NCBI GenBank assembly: GCA_964057225.1
Contig: OZ059895.1
Span: 18,600,001-18,664,000 of the forward strand
Source: Auanema rhodensis
Lineage: Eukaryota > Animalia > Nematoda
DNA: 64,000 bases
Direction of reading: 5' to 3'
Notes under the pieces: generated by a model
The model's database searches: none
What the model saw: the letters and a program-made list of their open reading frames with translations, nothing else
What the model was told of the DNA's origin: nothing
Shown here: piece by piece, positions 1 through 12,563 of the stretch
Position numbering within the stretch: the stretch's first letter is position 1
Layout of the letters: every line of letters starts with the position of its first letter
Made by a program: the position numbers and the translations under genes

Positions 1-520
1 CGACTAAATTCTGGAATTATATCTGATTTTCATTTTTGCATATCTTCTTAATAAGCTCATTAGACTCCAGGTGGTATACAAGGCTTTAGATTGGTTTTTC
101 GACTATAATGATCTATCACTTCTCCCCGCTTGCTACACCTCTCTCTTTAAATCTCTTCCACCCTCCATTCATGCTCTATCTCACCCTTCTCTTTGAGTCT
201 TGATTCCATTCTCTATGGCAATCTCTCATGTGCTCACTACATACAAGCAGAAAGGAAGGAAAATGAAGAGAGAGAGAAAGATCAAATAAGATGAGAGAGA
301 AAGAAAGAAAGAGAGAATGAATGAGTGAGAGAAGGAGAATATGGGCGCAATTGACTTGAACAGCTAATTTCTTATCAAAATCCTTTTATAGTTAACGCAC
401 CATAGCTTATAGCCTCGTATACATATTCACCAGACCACCTGCAAAATCACAGAGTTGTAAAATAGCTGAGACTACCTTCTACATCTCTGTGGTGAAGTTT
501 AGTTAGCTGGCCATTTGCCC

Positions 521-1668
521 ATGTGGTCAAGTCATCTTGGGTAAGTTTTACGCATATAATATCACAAATAGTATAGTTATTATAATATACTAAAGATGTT
601 GCTGCAGCTTTTGTATGAATCTTCGTGCTAATTTTAATTTTTTATTCTTCTCATCCTATTTGCGCAGCTCCTCTATTAGTAAATTGATAGTTCTATCGAG
701 AAATGGACTATTCTCCACTAGTTTCTTAAAGAATAAAAGAGAAAAAGTGAATAAGGAAGATAGTATTAAATGAGAAAGAGTAAGAGATAATAAGAGAAAC
801 AGAAGGAAAGACAATGAGAGAAAGAGAACGATAGCACATGTTGAGTATGTCTGTGTCAATGTGTGTGAATGGAGAGAACTAAGTAGAGAACAATCCTTAG
901 CTCCGTGGGCTCTTCATCTTGTTAATTTCATCTGTTTCAAGTAGTAGTAGTAGTAGCTGTTTCGGTATATCTCCATAGAGAAATGTCATGAAAGTCTCTT
1001 TCAATCTTACATTTGAATTGCTTTAAAGAAGAAATGATACCAAGGATGTTCTTCTTGTGTAGATGTGCTGCCAGATTCACGTAATGCTTAGTCCATGCCC
1101 CTCCATACATACACACACACACACACACATAGGCATTCATCCAGAAGCTTGAGCTTTTTCAGCTCTTGTTCAGCTAATCCAGCTGAATTCTATGTGTATT
1201 AGTTTACTTATCTGTCTCCTATTTGACATCTTCCATCAGAATTCTATAATCTTACGCCATTTCTTCTTTTCTCGTTGTCATCTTGCTTCTTCGTTCTGTG
1301 AATTAATACAAGAATAATTTATCATCCAATTTTTGCCATCTTGAAACACCTCTCAGTATATGATGATCTCTTTATTTTCTTTCTTTCTCCTCTCTCACTT
1401 TTCTTTCTTATTATATTTTACTGATCGGATTCACGTTGGGCATTACTAGCCAGATCCAGATGTAAACATTTGTGTTTGTATGTTTGTGACATCGTTCAGA
1501 TGTTTCCACCACGAGCATAGGCGTTCACTGCTCTGACAACGTTTCCTAGTCATGGTCATGTTCTTATGTATATGAGACATTTCAAATATATATTTAGTTA
1601 ACTATATATTTTTATTTTATTTCTTTCATCTCAACAATGTATTTGATGAATCGTCATGCATCTCGTTG

Positions 1669-1732
<64 letters not shown>

Positions 1733-4700
1733 TCCTTAGGTAACACTATTTCCAGCCTTCAGAGCAATTGTTTAAACTTCATGTGCTCATATATCCTTAT
1801 TCAAACCATTATGTAAAAACAGTGAGTGTGATATTGGAGGATGATAAGCTTTATAATTTGTCTGTGTTATCCTGTATTGAATAATGAAATGTTGGCAGTT
1901 TTGTAGATGTTTTCTCTTCTTCTTTTTCTTGTTCTCTTCGTTTTCTCTTTTATTCTTCTGCTATCTCAACCTTCCAGCCGAAGTGATTTATTCTTCTCTC
2001 GCCCAGCTTTCCGGTTGACCCATGAGAAGATTGGTAGGTAAGTGGTAGATAGGCCCAGAGGCAATTGCTGAAGACGAAGTGGTAGAAGGTTAAAAAGAAA
2101 AGAAGTAAGAGCGGGGAGGGCAGATCTCGGAAGTGCATAATCACCTCCATTAAGTACTTTCTTCGAACAGCTTCTCCATTTGTATTTAGGTTCTTGAGTA
2201 AATCATTAATGGATGACTTATCTCAGGCAAAAGCTAGTGAATGAATAAACATCGTCTATGAAAATGAAAGAATATTCTTGTTTAATAATTAAAATATCTT
2301 TATAAAAGTTAACATACATATTATATTATTTTATAATTTTTGATTCAATTATTCAATTTTGATTTTTATAATTAATTAAAATGTTTTTAAAAATTTTCAT
2401 CGACTGACTAGTTGAGTTAGTGAGATGCTTATGTATCGAGTGTGCATGTGAAAGCTGTGCTTGATTACTTCTTATTTCTGAATAGCCTCAGATTTTGGAG
2501 AAATATATCAATTCTTTTACCTCTTTTGGCTTTTACTCTCTCAATATTTTAAAATCTCTCTTTATTATTTTAACTCTTTCTCTCTCTCCCCCCTCTTCTT
2601 CTCATAATATGAATCATATCTCTCTTACTCTTTCACTCTTTCTTTCTTTCTCTCTCTCTCTCGTTTACCTATTTCGCTCTTTTTTCACCCATTTCTCCTC
2701 TATTTATCTGAAAAAATATTTTATCCTGTCATATACATACATCATGGATCCGTTGAACATAATCTCTTAATTTGAAAAATTTGTATATGGGAATATCATT
2801 AAGGTTTGTATGTTGTGTATAGTAGACATACACATATCTATGTATATGTATGTATATGCTTATATCTTTTCAAATATCTTCAAAATCAACATGAATGCTC
2901 AACATCCTAATCTTTTTTCTGTTTAAGACCAAATTAATCAAGAAACAATTTAGATAATATACTAATAATAAAGCAAACAATTTCCTAATATTCAGCATCT
3001 TTTATCCACAACTAAGATTGTTATAAAACTATGCTTTTACGCTTTCAGCAGTGGAGTGGTGGGTGGCGCATCCAGAGAAAATATGTTTTTCCATGCTACT
3101 CTTGCTCGATCTTTCATTAATGCTTTGTCATTACGTGGAGATGATGACTTTGTTGATAGGTATTCATCATATTAACAAAATAATTATTTTATATTATTGA
3201 TTTATGTTATTTTCAGGCTCAATTATTACTATACGCCAATTATGCTATCAATAGCTTGTCTTATTATAAGTGCTAAACAGGTATTTCTAACTTATAGTAA
3301 TAAATTCAAATTTTTTGATATAATTTTCGATACTTTGTTTTGCAAACAAGGCAACTTGAAATATTATAAAACTCTTGTAAAACAAAAAAATCAAACAACG
3401 TTTTATTTATTTTTTGATTTTTGAAATTAAAAAATGCTTATTTAGTATGGTGGAACTCCAATTGAATGTTGGGTTAATCCACATTCTCGTGAGAGTATGG
3501 AAGAATACATTGAAAGTTATTGTTGGATCCAGAATACATATTGGATTCCAATGTATGAAAATGTACCTGATGATCACACAGCTAGAGAAGGTACAAATAG
3601 TTGTAATGCTGTAAGCTGTAGGCTTATCTTAAACTTTTTAGAAAAGCAGATAGGATATTATCAATGGGTCCCATTCATTCTTATAGCAGAAGCATTAATG
3701 TTTTCGTTACCATGCATATTCTGGAGATTATTAAGTTGGCAATCAGGTTTTTGCTTAAAACGTTTAGAGATCTTATGCTTTACATATGAAATTTCAGGTT
3801 TAAATATACAACACTTGATTAATGCAGCATGTGATACACAAGCTATTGTTGATGCTTCTGATAGAGCTAAGGTATTTATCAATTCAGAATCATAATCAAC
3901 TCTTATATATAGGCGGTTGAAGCTATAACAACATGTTTTGTGGATAACTTAGATCTTCAATGTCCATTAGCAGATCTCAGTCAAAGAAGTGTACTTGCAC
4001 GAATCAAATGTAATAGGTTCGTATATGATAATTTAAACTATGATCTTTAACTATATGTACATATACTTAATTATGAATTATTAAGAAAATATTGTTTTAG
4101 AATATTATCTGGTCATTATGTTACAATAACATATTTAATCACAAAATTATGTTATGCTGCTAATGTAATAATTCAATTTGTTATTCTGAATGCTTGTCTT
4201 AAATCTGATGATTATCTACTTTTCGGATTTCAGGTACACAAGTTTCAATATTTCAAAGATAATAATAAGATTGTATTGAGTATAATCTCGAAATTATCAA
4301 TTATTAGAGTTATATTTTAAAACTTATTTCAGGTTTTAAATGATTTACTTCAAGGCAAGCCTTGGACAGAATCAGGACATTTTCCTCGTGTAACATTATG
4401 TGACTTTGAAGTTCGATATGTTGCCAATTTAAATAGGCAAGTTTGAATACGCTTATAAAGTTTGTAAAAACGTTTGTATTAAATTATCTTCAGATATACT
4501 GTACAATGTGCCCTTTTAATTAATATAATTAATGAAAAAGTATTTGCCTTTCTATGGTGTTGGTATTTAATTCTTTTATGCATTACAACGTAAATTTATT
4601 TTTTAATTTATAATTTATAATATTTAATTAATTAATTTCAATTAAAATTCTTTTTTTTTTCAGATTTTCAACAGCATCATGGCTTTTGAATACAGCAGTT

Positions 4701-5296
4701 ATAAGTGAAAAAGTGGATTATATTCTGAAATATATGCAAATAGCTCATTCAAGTGAACAGAAAAAATTACAAAAATTCTCAAAAGTATTTTATTTTTTAT
4801 TTTTTAAAATAAACAAAACAAAATTTAGGAAGCAACTGTTGAACGAGTTTATTCAGTTATACCATTTGCTCCTCATCTTTTAGATCGATTTGTACTTCAT
4901 TTTTTGAAATCCGATGGGGTATGTTATACTTTTAGTTAATTATAAAATTATATTCTTAATGATTCTTAATGTTTTTAATTTAAATTTATCTCTTATTCAG
5001 GTGTTCATCCTTCGTATGATGTCTAATCATGCTGGTGATATGATTGTTGTTCAAGTTGTTAAAAACCTTTGGCAAGAATTTCGTGAACGAAATTGGCGAG
5101 AATTTGAAGAATTTGAAGAAATTAAAGAACAACATTTTCGTTTACCAAAAGCTAGTCTGATAAGGTTCATATAGTTATAGAATAAACTAATTTATTCTCT
5201 TTAAGCGGAGCATCACATCCACGTGTTGTAACAATCAGTAATCCAGTAGCAACTATGATGAGTGATTCTATGATTAGTGAAAAAGCATATTTATAA
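521..5296 (+). CDS. inx-19: Innexin gap-junction protein, orthologue of C. elegans INX-19/NSY-5 (multi-exon)
   Basis: A 20-nt exon (521-540) splices in frame to the exon at 3049. The product reads [51 protein letters not shown]...[33 protein letters not shown]...[10 protein letters not shown]...FPRVTLCDF...[15 protein letters not shown]...[17 protein letters not shown]...ISNP...KAYL* (stop 5294-5296). It carries the innexin YYQW signature and matches recalled INX-19 segments nearly exactly. Confidence 0.95.
1673..1724. repeat. (CT)n microsatellite, inx-19 intron 1
   Basis: About 26 CT units. Confidence 0.95.
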
Positions 5297-5471
5297 TAAT
5301 TTATTAGAAAATAAATAAAATCTTATCATATAATCACATATGATAAGAAAAACTTTTTTTGTTTTCATTATTTCAAGTGCCTAATATTCATGTTTCATCC
5401 ATTTTTTTATATAAATTAATTATTTTTATTTACTTTTAATTGTTATTTTGTATTATAATGTTTTATATTAG

Positions 5472-5513
5472 AATAATAATAATAATAATAACAACAACAA
5501 CAACAACAACAAC
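5472..5513. repeat. Compound (AAT)n(AAC)n microsatellite
   Basis: Read directly from the sequence. Confidence 0.9.
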
Positions 5514-5861
5514 ACTAATAGATATGTATGTTATACAAAACCAATCAAGACAACACACCGAATATAGCATTTTTCTTGGAAAATCAGAAGATATACAGGA
5601 AAAAAAGGAAATCTTTTCAAGTAAATGTGATTAAATTAATTGTTTCATCTGTTATGAGTAACTACTTTTATTGGTAATTCTTAAATAGAAGGCGGTAACA
5701 TGTCCTCATAGGACGACACAGTTCAATTCTATAAATATTTAATTGGAAGAAACGACAGTTGATGACTTGAATATCTCTTTATATCTTTTTTTTTGTCGTT
5801 TCACTTTCTATCTCTATTCTCACTACTCTTTCTCTCTTCAATATCTCTCTATATCTTTAGT

Positions 5862-5867
<6 letters not shown>

Positions 5868-5893
<26 letters not shown>

Positions 5894-6102
5894 GACATAT
5901 ACACTAACTTTCTCCTTCTTAAATAATTCTCTTACTTATATGCTGTATACGTCTCCAGCCTTTTGCCTGTCTATATCTATTACTTACTATCGCATCTTTA
6001 TTTTTTTTGTGAGGCTTTCATGATACACTCTTTTTATTTATTTCTTCTCTATCTCTCATTCTCTCTCCTCTCTTAGTTAGACTCTCTTATTCGGTTTCTC
6101 TT

Positions 6103-6161
<59 letters not shown>
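5868..6161. repeat. Interrupted (CT)n polypyrimidine tracts
   Basis: CT runs at ~5868-5893 and ~6098-6161. Confidence 0.9.
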
Positions 6162-6419
6162 ATTTCATTCCCTCTATTCTTTTAAAAAAGCGATCTCATG
6201 AAAAACACAATATAATCTTTCAAATCTACTATCCTTATTTGTATGAGTATTGGAAAGAATAAGTTTTAACGACAATACTATAAGTAATAAAGATTTTAAT
6301 TATAACAAATGATAATTTCATGATATATCACTCTATGTTTCATATATTTCATCAATTTCTCTCGTATTTCTTCCACTTATCATTTCATATTACATCAAAA
6401 CCAAATATATGTTGGTGTC

Positions 6420-6535
6420 AAAACGAATCTCCGCCCATCCAGCTTGCTGATTGGCTAAGGCCCGTGGTCTGATTGTGGCTCCGCCTTCGGCTGCTCGGAT
6501 GGCCGTTGCTTTGGTTAACAACTCCAAGCCGTTTT
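6420..6535. promoter_or_regulatory. GC-rich island upstream of ahr-1 (probable promoter/enhancer)
   Basis: CTCCGCC occurs twice (6429, 6479) and CTGATTG twice (6447, 6469; one is an inverted CCAAT box), within very AT-rich flanks. Confidence 0.45.
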
Positions 6536-7888
6536 CTTCTTTAACATCATTATTTCTTCGATAATCAATATATTTTCTAAAAAAATATATTATATCTTAT
6601 ATATAAAATTTATTTTTTATTAATTTAAAAGTTTAAATATAAAAATAATTAACTATAATATTCATATAATCATTGTTATATCATATATAAACCTTCACGA
6701 GATATTCATCATTATCCTTGTTCTCCTCCTTCTCCTACTGCATCAGTACTGTATCCAAACGTAACTTGCTTAATGCTTACAGTTTGTGTTATGCTCTATG
6801 TTTTCATAGTTGGGCAGTCTGTACCTTGCTCTTGTCCACCTTCTACTATCTTTTTTTCTCTCTTTCACTCTCTCTTCCTGTCTTTCTGTTTCTCTCATTT
6901 CTTTCTATCTTTCTTTCAACCTTCATCTCCCTCAGGCTCACATCACACACCACACATCCATACACATATAGACACATTCAATTTTTGTGGCCATCATTTC
7001 GCTTGTCAGTGGATCATTCTAAACGGTTAGTCTGAATACATTTATCTTTTCTTTTCTGTCTGTTTTTCCTTTTTTTTTTTGTTGATGAAAGAAGTTGTAA
7101 TTCATTATCTAATATCTGCATACATATGCGTTCATGATCAGGATGGTCGTGACAATGAATGTTTAGCTTTGCTCTATCTTTTGCACTATTGCTATAACTT
7201 CCTCGCATCGTTGCTATTACTGCTTCTGCTGATGTCTCATGTATGTGATCATGTGCTTTTATTCTATAAGCTCTATCAAGCTCATGCTCATTGCTTGATT
7301 GTACTCGAAAGCTCTAACTATTCAACACATTTTTTGTTCAAAAAGAGATAAGCTTTAAAACATATATCGATATAGCGTGCTACAACTTATCATTTTGCTT
7401 TACCGTAGCGCAAATACAGAGATCGGCTTTTTCTCCAGCTTCTTTTTGCATCATATCTACCTCTTTATACTATTATGACATATCAGTTTTGTAATTCTGA
7501 TTTCTGTATGTAAGATATACATAGAATTGAATTGTGTGATTATCATCTCGTTAGAGTTACGCATTGTAAGCGTGAGAAGAGAAAGGGGGAGGGGAGGGAG
7601 AGCTTGAGCAGGCTGTAGAACAGAAATACGAGATCACCACGTTTGACACCAGCATTTTCCCCATTAATTTTTAATTTTTGAACAAAGAAAAGCAAAAGGG
7701 AAAATTAAGCGAAAAGGCTGAAAATGTGAAGAAGTAATCGAGATGAAGTTCATAATGTTAAGATAACAAATTCTTATAAAACTCAAATAATTTGTATATA
7801 TATATATGCATTTATATATATATGTATGTGTATAGTGAATAAGATAAGCATTTTTCTAATATTTAAGGTGATTGAGCACGTTGCTGGA

Positions 7889-10800
7889 ATGTATGCCAGT
7901 AAACGACGGCAGCGGAACTTCAAACGGTCAGTTGAAATTTTTAAAAATTCTTTCATGTTTTTAAACCAAAAAATGTTTTTTTCTCTTCTCTCCTTATATC
8001 TCTTATCTTTATCTTTATAACAAAACAGTATTTACTTGTCTTTCAAGCTTTTCAACAACGAACTATGTAACTTCCTTCCAGTAGAGAACTCTAATTCATG
8101 CTTAAGTAGTCTGCTTACCATCATTTTCTCAATGATTGTTGAGACTTTTGGCATTCTGATACGGTAGCCCTAGTGGATTGAAGTGTTTTATCCAAATTTT
8201 CAAGCCAAATTACAAGATTTATTTGAATTTTTGGATGGAAAAGAAAATAGTTCTTGAACTCTACAATGAGCATCTGAAGCTATTTAGTTTTCGACGGCTC
8301 GGATGGCTGTTACAAAACTCATTGCAATCGCTATTTTAGCCTTTGATTTGCAAAGTAAATTATTTTGGATAGAAAAAAAATATTTTGAGACTGTGTTCAT
8401 GCAATAACAGCAAGATATGGATTCGGGAATAAGTTGATAAGCGAAGAGTGAAGTTTGAAGGGGGAGGAGAGAATATTCGGAATAACCTGATGAAAGATAT
8501 GAACAACAATCATGAATCAAGAGAGGTTGAAAAAGAAATATATGAAAGAGAGAAATATAGAGAGAAAAAGAAAAGTACAGGTACAAGATTCTGAACTATA
8601 AAAGAATTGATCCAACTTTAAAAAAAAGAGAAGTAGGTGAATACTACTACTGAAGCTGGATAATGCTGACCGAACTGGTGCTGAAGCTGATGGCGGTACT
8701 GATGACGAAGCTGATGATGAAGATGATGAAAACGATAAAAATGAAGATGAAGACGAAGAAGAAAAGAAGGGAGGGTTGTAGAAGAAGGAGATGATGATGC
8801 GTGCTGAGTGTCACGACAACGAGCGTGACTAGGTATGCGCCCATCATTTTCTACAAACGCGCTTTCTCTTTTCTGAAACTAAAAAGGCTTAAACAAGAAG
8901 ATGGCAGATAGTTCCCTAAGGGCACGCAACACACATCACACGCAGTCCGTTCCACCACCACGATCACCACGACCACATTTAGTCTGGCAAAACGTCAGTC
9001 GTCCACGATAACCTTGTGGCAGCTATACTGCATCGAAGCTTTAGCTTTATCTTACATTGTTTTTTCTTATTTTCTGTATAATCTCTCGATTATAACTCTT
9101 TATTCCTTATTTTCTATTTCTATTTATTCTCTTGATAGCTACATATATACTTTACCTTAGTTTACGAGGTCTTGGTGTCCACTCGTGGCGCTGTTGTGTG
9201 TGTATCTTCTCTTTAGCCTCACCCTCCGTCAGCCACAACAGCCGTTGTTACCGTAATCTCAGCAGTGATGCAGTAGTAGTACCACAAGGCTGAGAGTACT
9301 GGCTGAATATGTCCTCCATGCCTCATCATTATTCAGTCGGCGAGATTTGGGAACAGATTTTGCAAAACGAGGGGGGAGGGGGTTAGAAGAAATGGGTAGA
9401 GTTAATACGAGATAGAGATAGAGAGAAGAAAGCACCGTATAGCTTAGGCTATCTTGAAAAACCCATTTGTTGAGTATTATGAAGTTGGCATCTTGATGTG
9501 AACTAAGAGACGATTAATAATTTTTTAGTTATTTTCTCTCTATATCTCGTAGGGTATTGAAAGAGAAAATATGTATCAGTTATCTATCTATATAGATATA
9601 GATATATATTTATATATATATAGTTTAAACATATAAGTATCGTTCTTGTTTGACTTGTAGAGAAATGAATAGCTTTTCAATGAATATGCTTCCGATGCCA
9701 TCAAGTCTTCGGCAGAATCGCGTGACGTTCTTCCATCGATATAAAAAGAACAAGAACAAGAAAGGAGAGAAAGAGAGAGTGTGTGTGAGAGAGAGAGAGA
9801 GAAAAGGAGGAGAACAGCAAGACTAGAAAGGGATTTGCCGAGCTCAACTCACAAGTTCACGTTTCGCATTCTGTATTCATTTCTCTGACTGTCTGCCATC
9901 CTCTATTAGTTCCCATAATCTTTAGGACTATTTTTCATGTACTTGTGCATGATTTCATAGATCTTGCGGCTTTTTAACGATTTCTTTTTGAATTCTTTCT
10001 TTATTGCATGAGGATGAAGAAGAAATAAGGGTCCTAGCTGCTACCAGCGATTAGCTGGATGAACAACATATAGTAAACTAATTATACATGTGGTTAACTA
10101 TTCCTTCAATGAAAAGAAACAACAGATATTTCAATTCAAGAATCTGTGAAGAGGGTTTTGACCATATTGAACGTCTTCATCATGCTTCTTCATTCCCTCT
10201 TTCAGCTTCTCTCACCTCTCATACCTCGATAAGGCTCTCACTCTCTTTCTTAATCCCATCCTCTTACACTTACAAAGTCTCTGTTCTACACATGTGTATG
10301 CTGTAGCCAGACGACTAATTGCTTAGCTACCGTATGTTCAAAATTGCTCATGATGACATGGCCAATTATATAGTATGATGAGCAACAATTAGCACCTTAA
10401 AGATATAAGTGAGACAAGCCTTATGCTCGATCAAGCTTGAATGATCATACGTACGAGCCAGCTTTTGCTAGATAGCATACATTATGATGATGATGATGAT
10501 GGCAGAAGCGTCACTAGATATCGACAGACTAGAAAATACATCAATTTTTCATTAGAAAATATTTAAATGTTATTAATATTTCTTCTATTTATGTGGATAT
10601 GAAAAAGTTTTTGGTACGGAGTTAGACGATTAATTATCCATTCATACACCATATGAATGGTTAGGTTGTTCACTCGTTCCCTCTTATTCTCACTTTCAGA
10701 CTACCAGATATGTAGACAGAGAGGGAGAGAGAGAGAGATTGGGGAAAATAAAAAAATTTCAGCAGAGTTCTCTTGAATATTCTCTGCCCAAATGTTCTTC

Positions 10801-12502
10801 CGCACGTCGTTCTCGTCTTCTCATCCAACCAAATTCATACAAGGACATTCGCTTGTCAATCGTCTGTTCTTCTTCATCTACTCATAATATTAATTGATGA
10901 AGAAGAAACAGACCCATAATCAAGAATTATGAGTTGGGAATGGAAATGTTGGTGAAGAATTTTTGAAAATGAGAATCCTACCAATACAACATACCATTTG
11001 TATATTAAGATTGAATATTTGTTTATTTGGTTGACTTTGAAACAAACAAAAAAAAACAAAAATATAAAGATGTATCTGTCAATATAAATACCATAATTAT
11101 ATGAATTCATTTTATATATAAAACATTGAAATTATTTATATTTTTATACGTAAATAACATATAATTAAATATGTAAAAGTGTTTAAAAAATGAATCACCT
11201 GTCGTTGTTTGAAGCAGAAAAAGATCACAAAAAAAGAACCAAAATTCAGAGCTTGATATTAAAAGAAAAACATTGCTTTCTTTTTCCTTCTCTTTCTATT
11301 TCTCTTTATTTCCCATTCTGTCTCTCCCTCTCTCTTGCTTTCAATATATGCTACTTTTAACATCAGATGCTACAGTAATCTTTCCTCACCTTACCTTTTC
11401 CTGCTTGCTTTCGAAGAATTTTTAGGTCAAAAAAAATATTTTTTGGCGTTGAAATTCCAGATAAAAAACATTTTTTTTCTACGAAATGTAGAAATATTCA
11501 AAAGATTCATTACAATTTCAGAGTACGTGAACCGACAAAGCCATCAACAACATCAAATCCATCTAAACGCCATCGCGAAAGACTAAATGGCGAATTGGAA
11601 ACGGTATGACCGTTGTGATTACTTTTTTTTAAAGATTTGATAAATTCAAACCTTGAAACAGGTTGTATATGGTTATTAATGCTTGTATTCAGGTTGCTCA
11701 ATTGTTGCCGTATGATCATCAGACAATTAGTCGTCTAGATAAACTCAGTGTTTTACGGTTAGCAGTCAGTTATCTACAAGCCAAAGCTCATTTTCAAGGT
11801 AGGGATTACTTTTACATAAATAAAAAATATATTTTATTATAATTTACTTAACTATATGTAATAGTTACCAATCTATTTGCTTATTATACATATAGTTACT
11901 GTATACATATAGTAAGACAGTCGGTTTTATTTTATTTTTTACCAATGTATTGTGACGTCATAGTTGACTAAAAACAAGAAAAAAAGAAATGAAAAGGAAG
12001 AGAAGTAAATACTACATCGGAAATCTTATGTATCTTATCTATGTGTACTTAGTGTTAACCATATGCATATAGTTAAGATCTTCTCACCTAGATGAGGTGT
12101 AATCGAATATCAGAATAACATATAAGAAAATGAGGGAAGGTATCATTGACATTTCAAGTTGCTTCAAGGTGTCAAGTAGTTGAGGAAGTTAAACATCACG
12201 TACGTGAACTTGATTGTCAATCATGCTCAATAAGGTCAGGCTGGTCACGCAAATTACGCATCATCTTTCTCATCATTATCCCTTCCTAAACAACATGTGA
12301 TTTGGCCATCAAAATCATTATTTATCCATAGAGGATAGAGATAAAAATTATTTTTAGACATAAAAATGAGTTAGCTATTAAGAATAGTTAACTATACATA
12401 CATATATTTGTAGAAATATACATATATCACATCTATAATAATTGTGTAAGAGGGAGGTAGTAAGATGAAAAACGGGGGGAGTGAAAAAGAAGGAGAGCTG
12501 TA

Positions 12503-12563
<61 letters not shown>

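Noticed and set aside
8641-8781. Acidic reading frame (ADGGTDDEADDEDDENDKNEDEDEEEKK) in ahr-1 intron 1
   Set aside because: Bounded by stops with no in-frame ATG or usable acceptor; explained by GAT/GAA low complexity.
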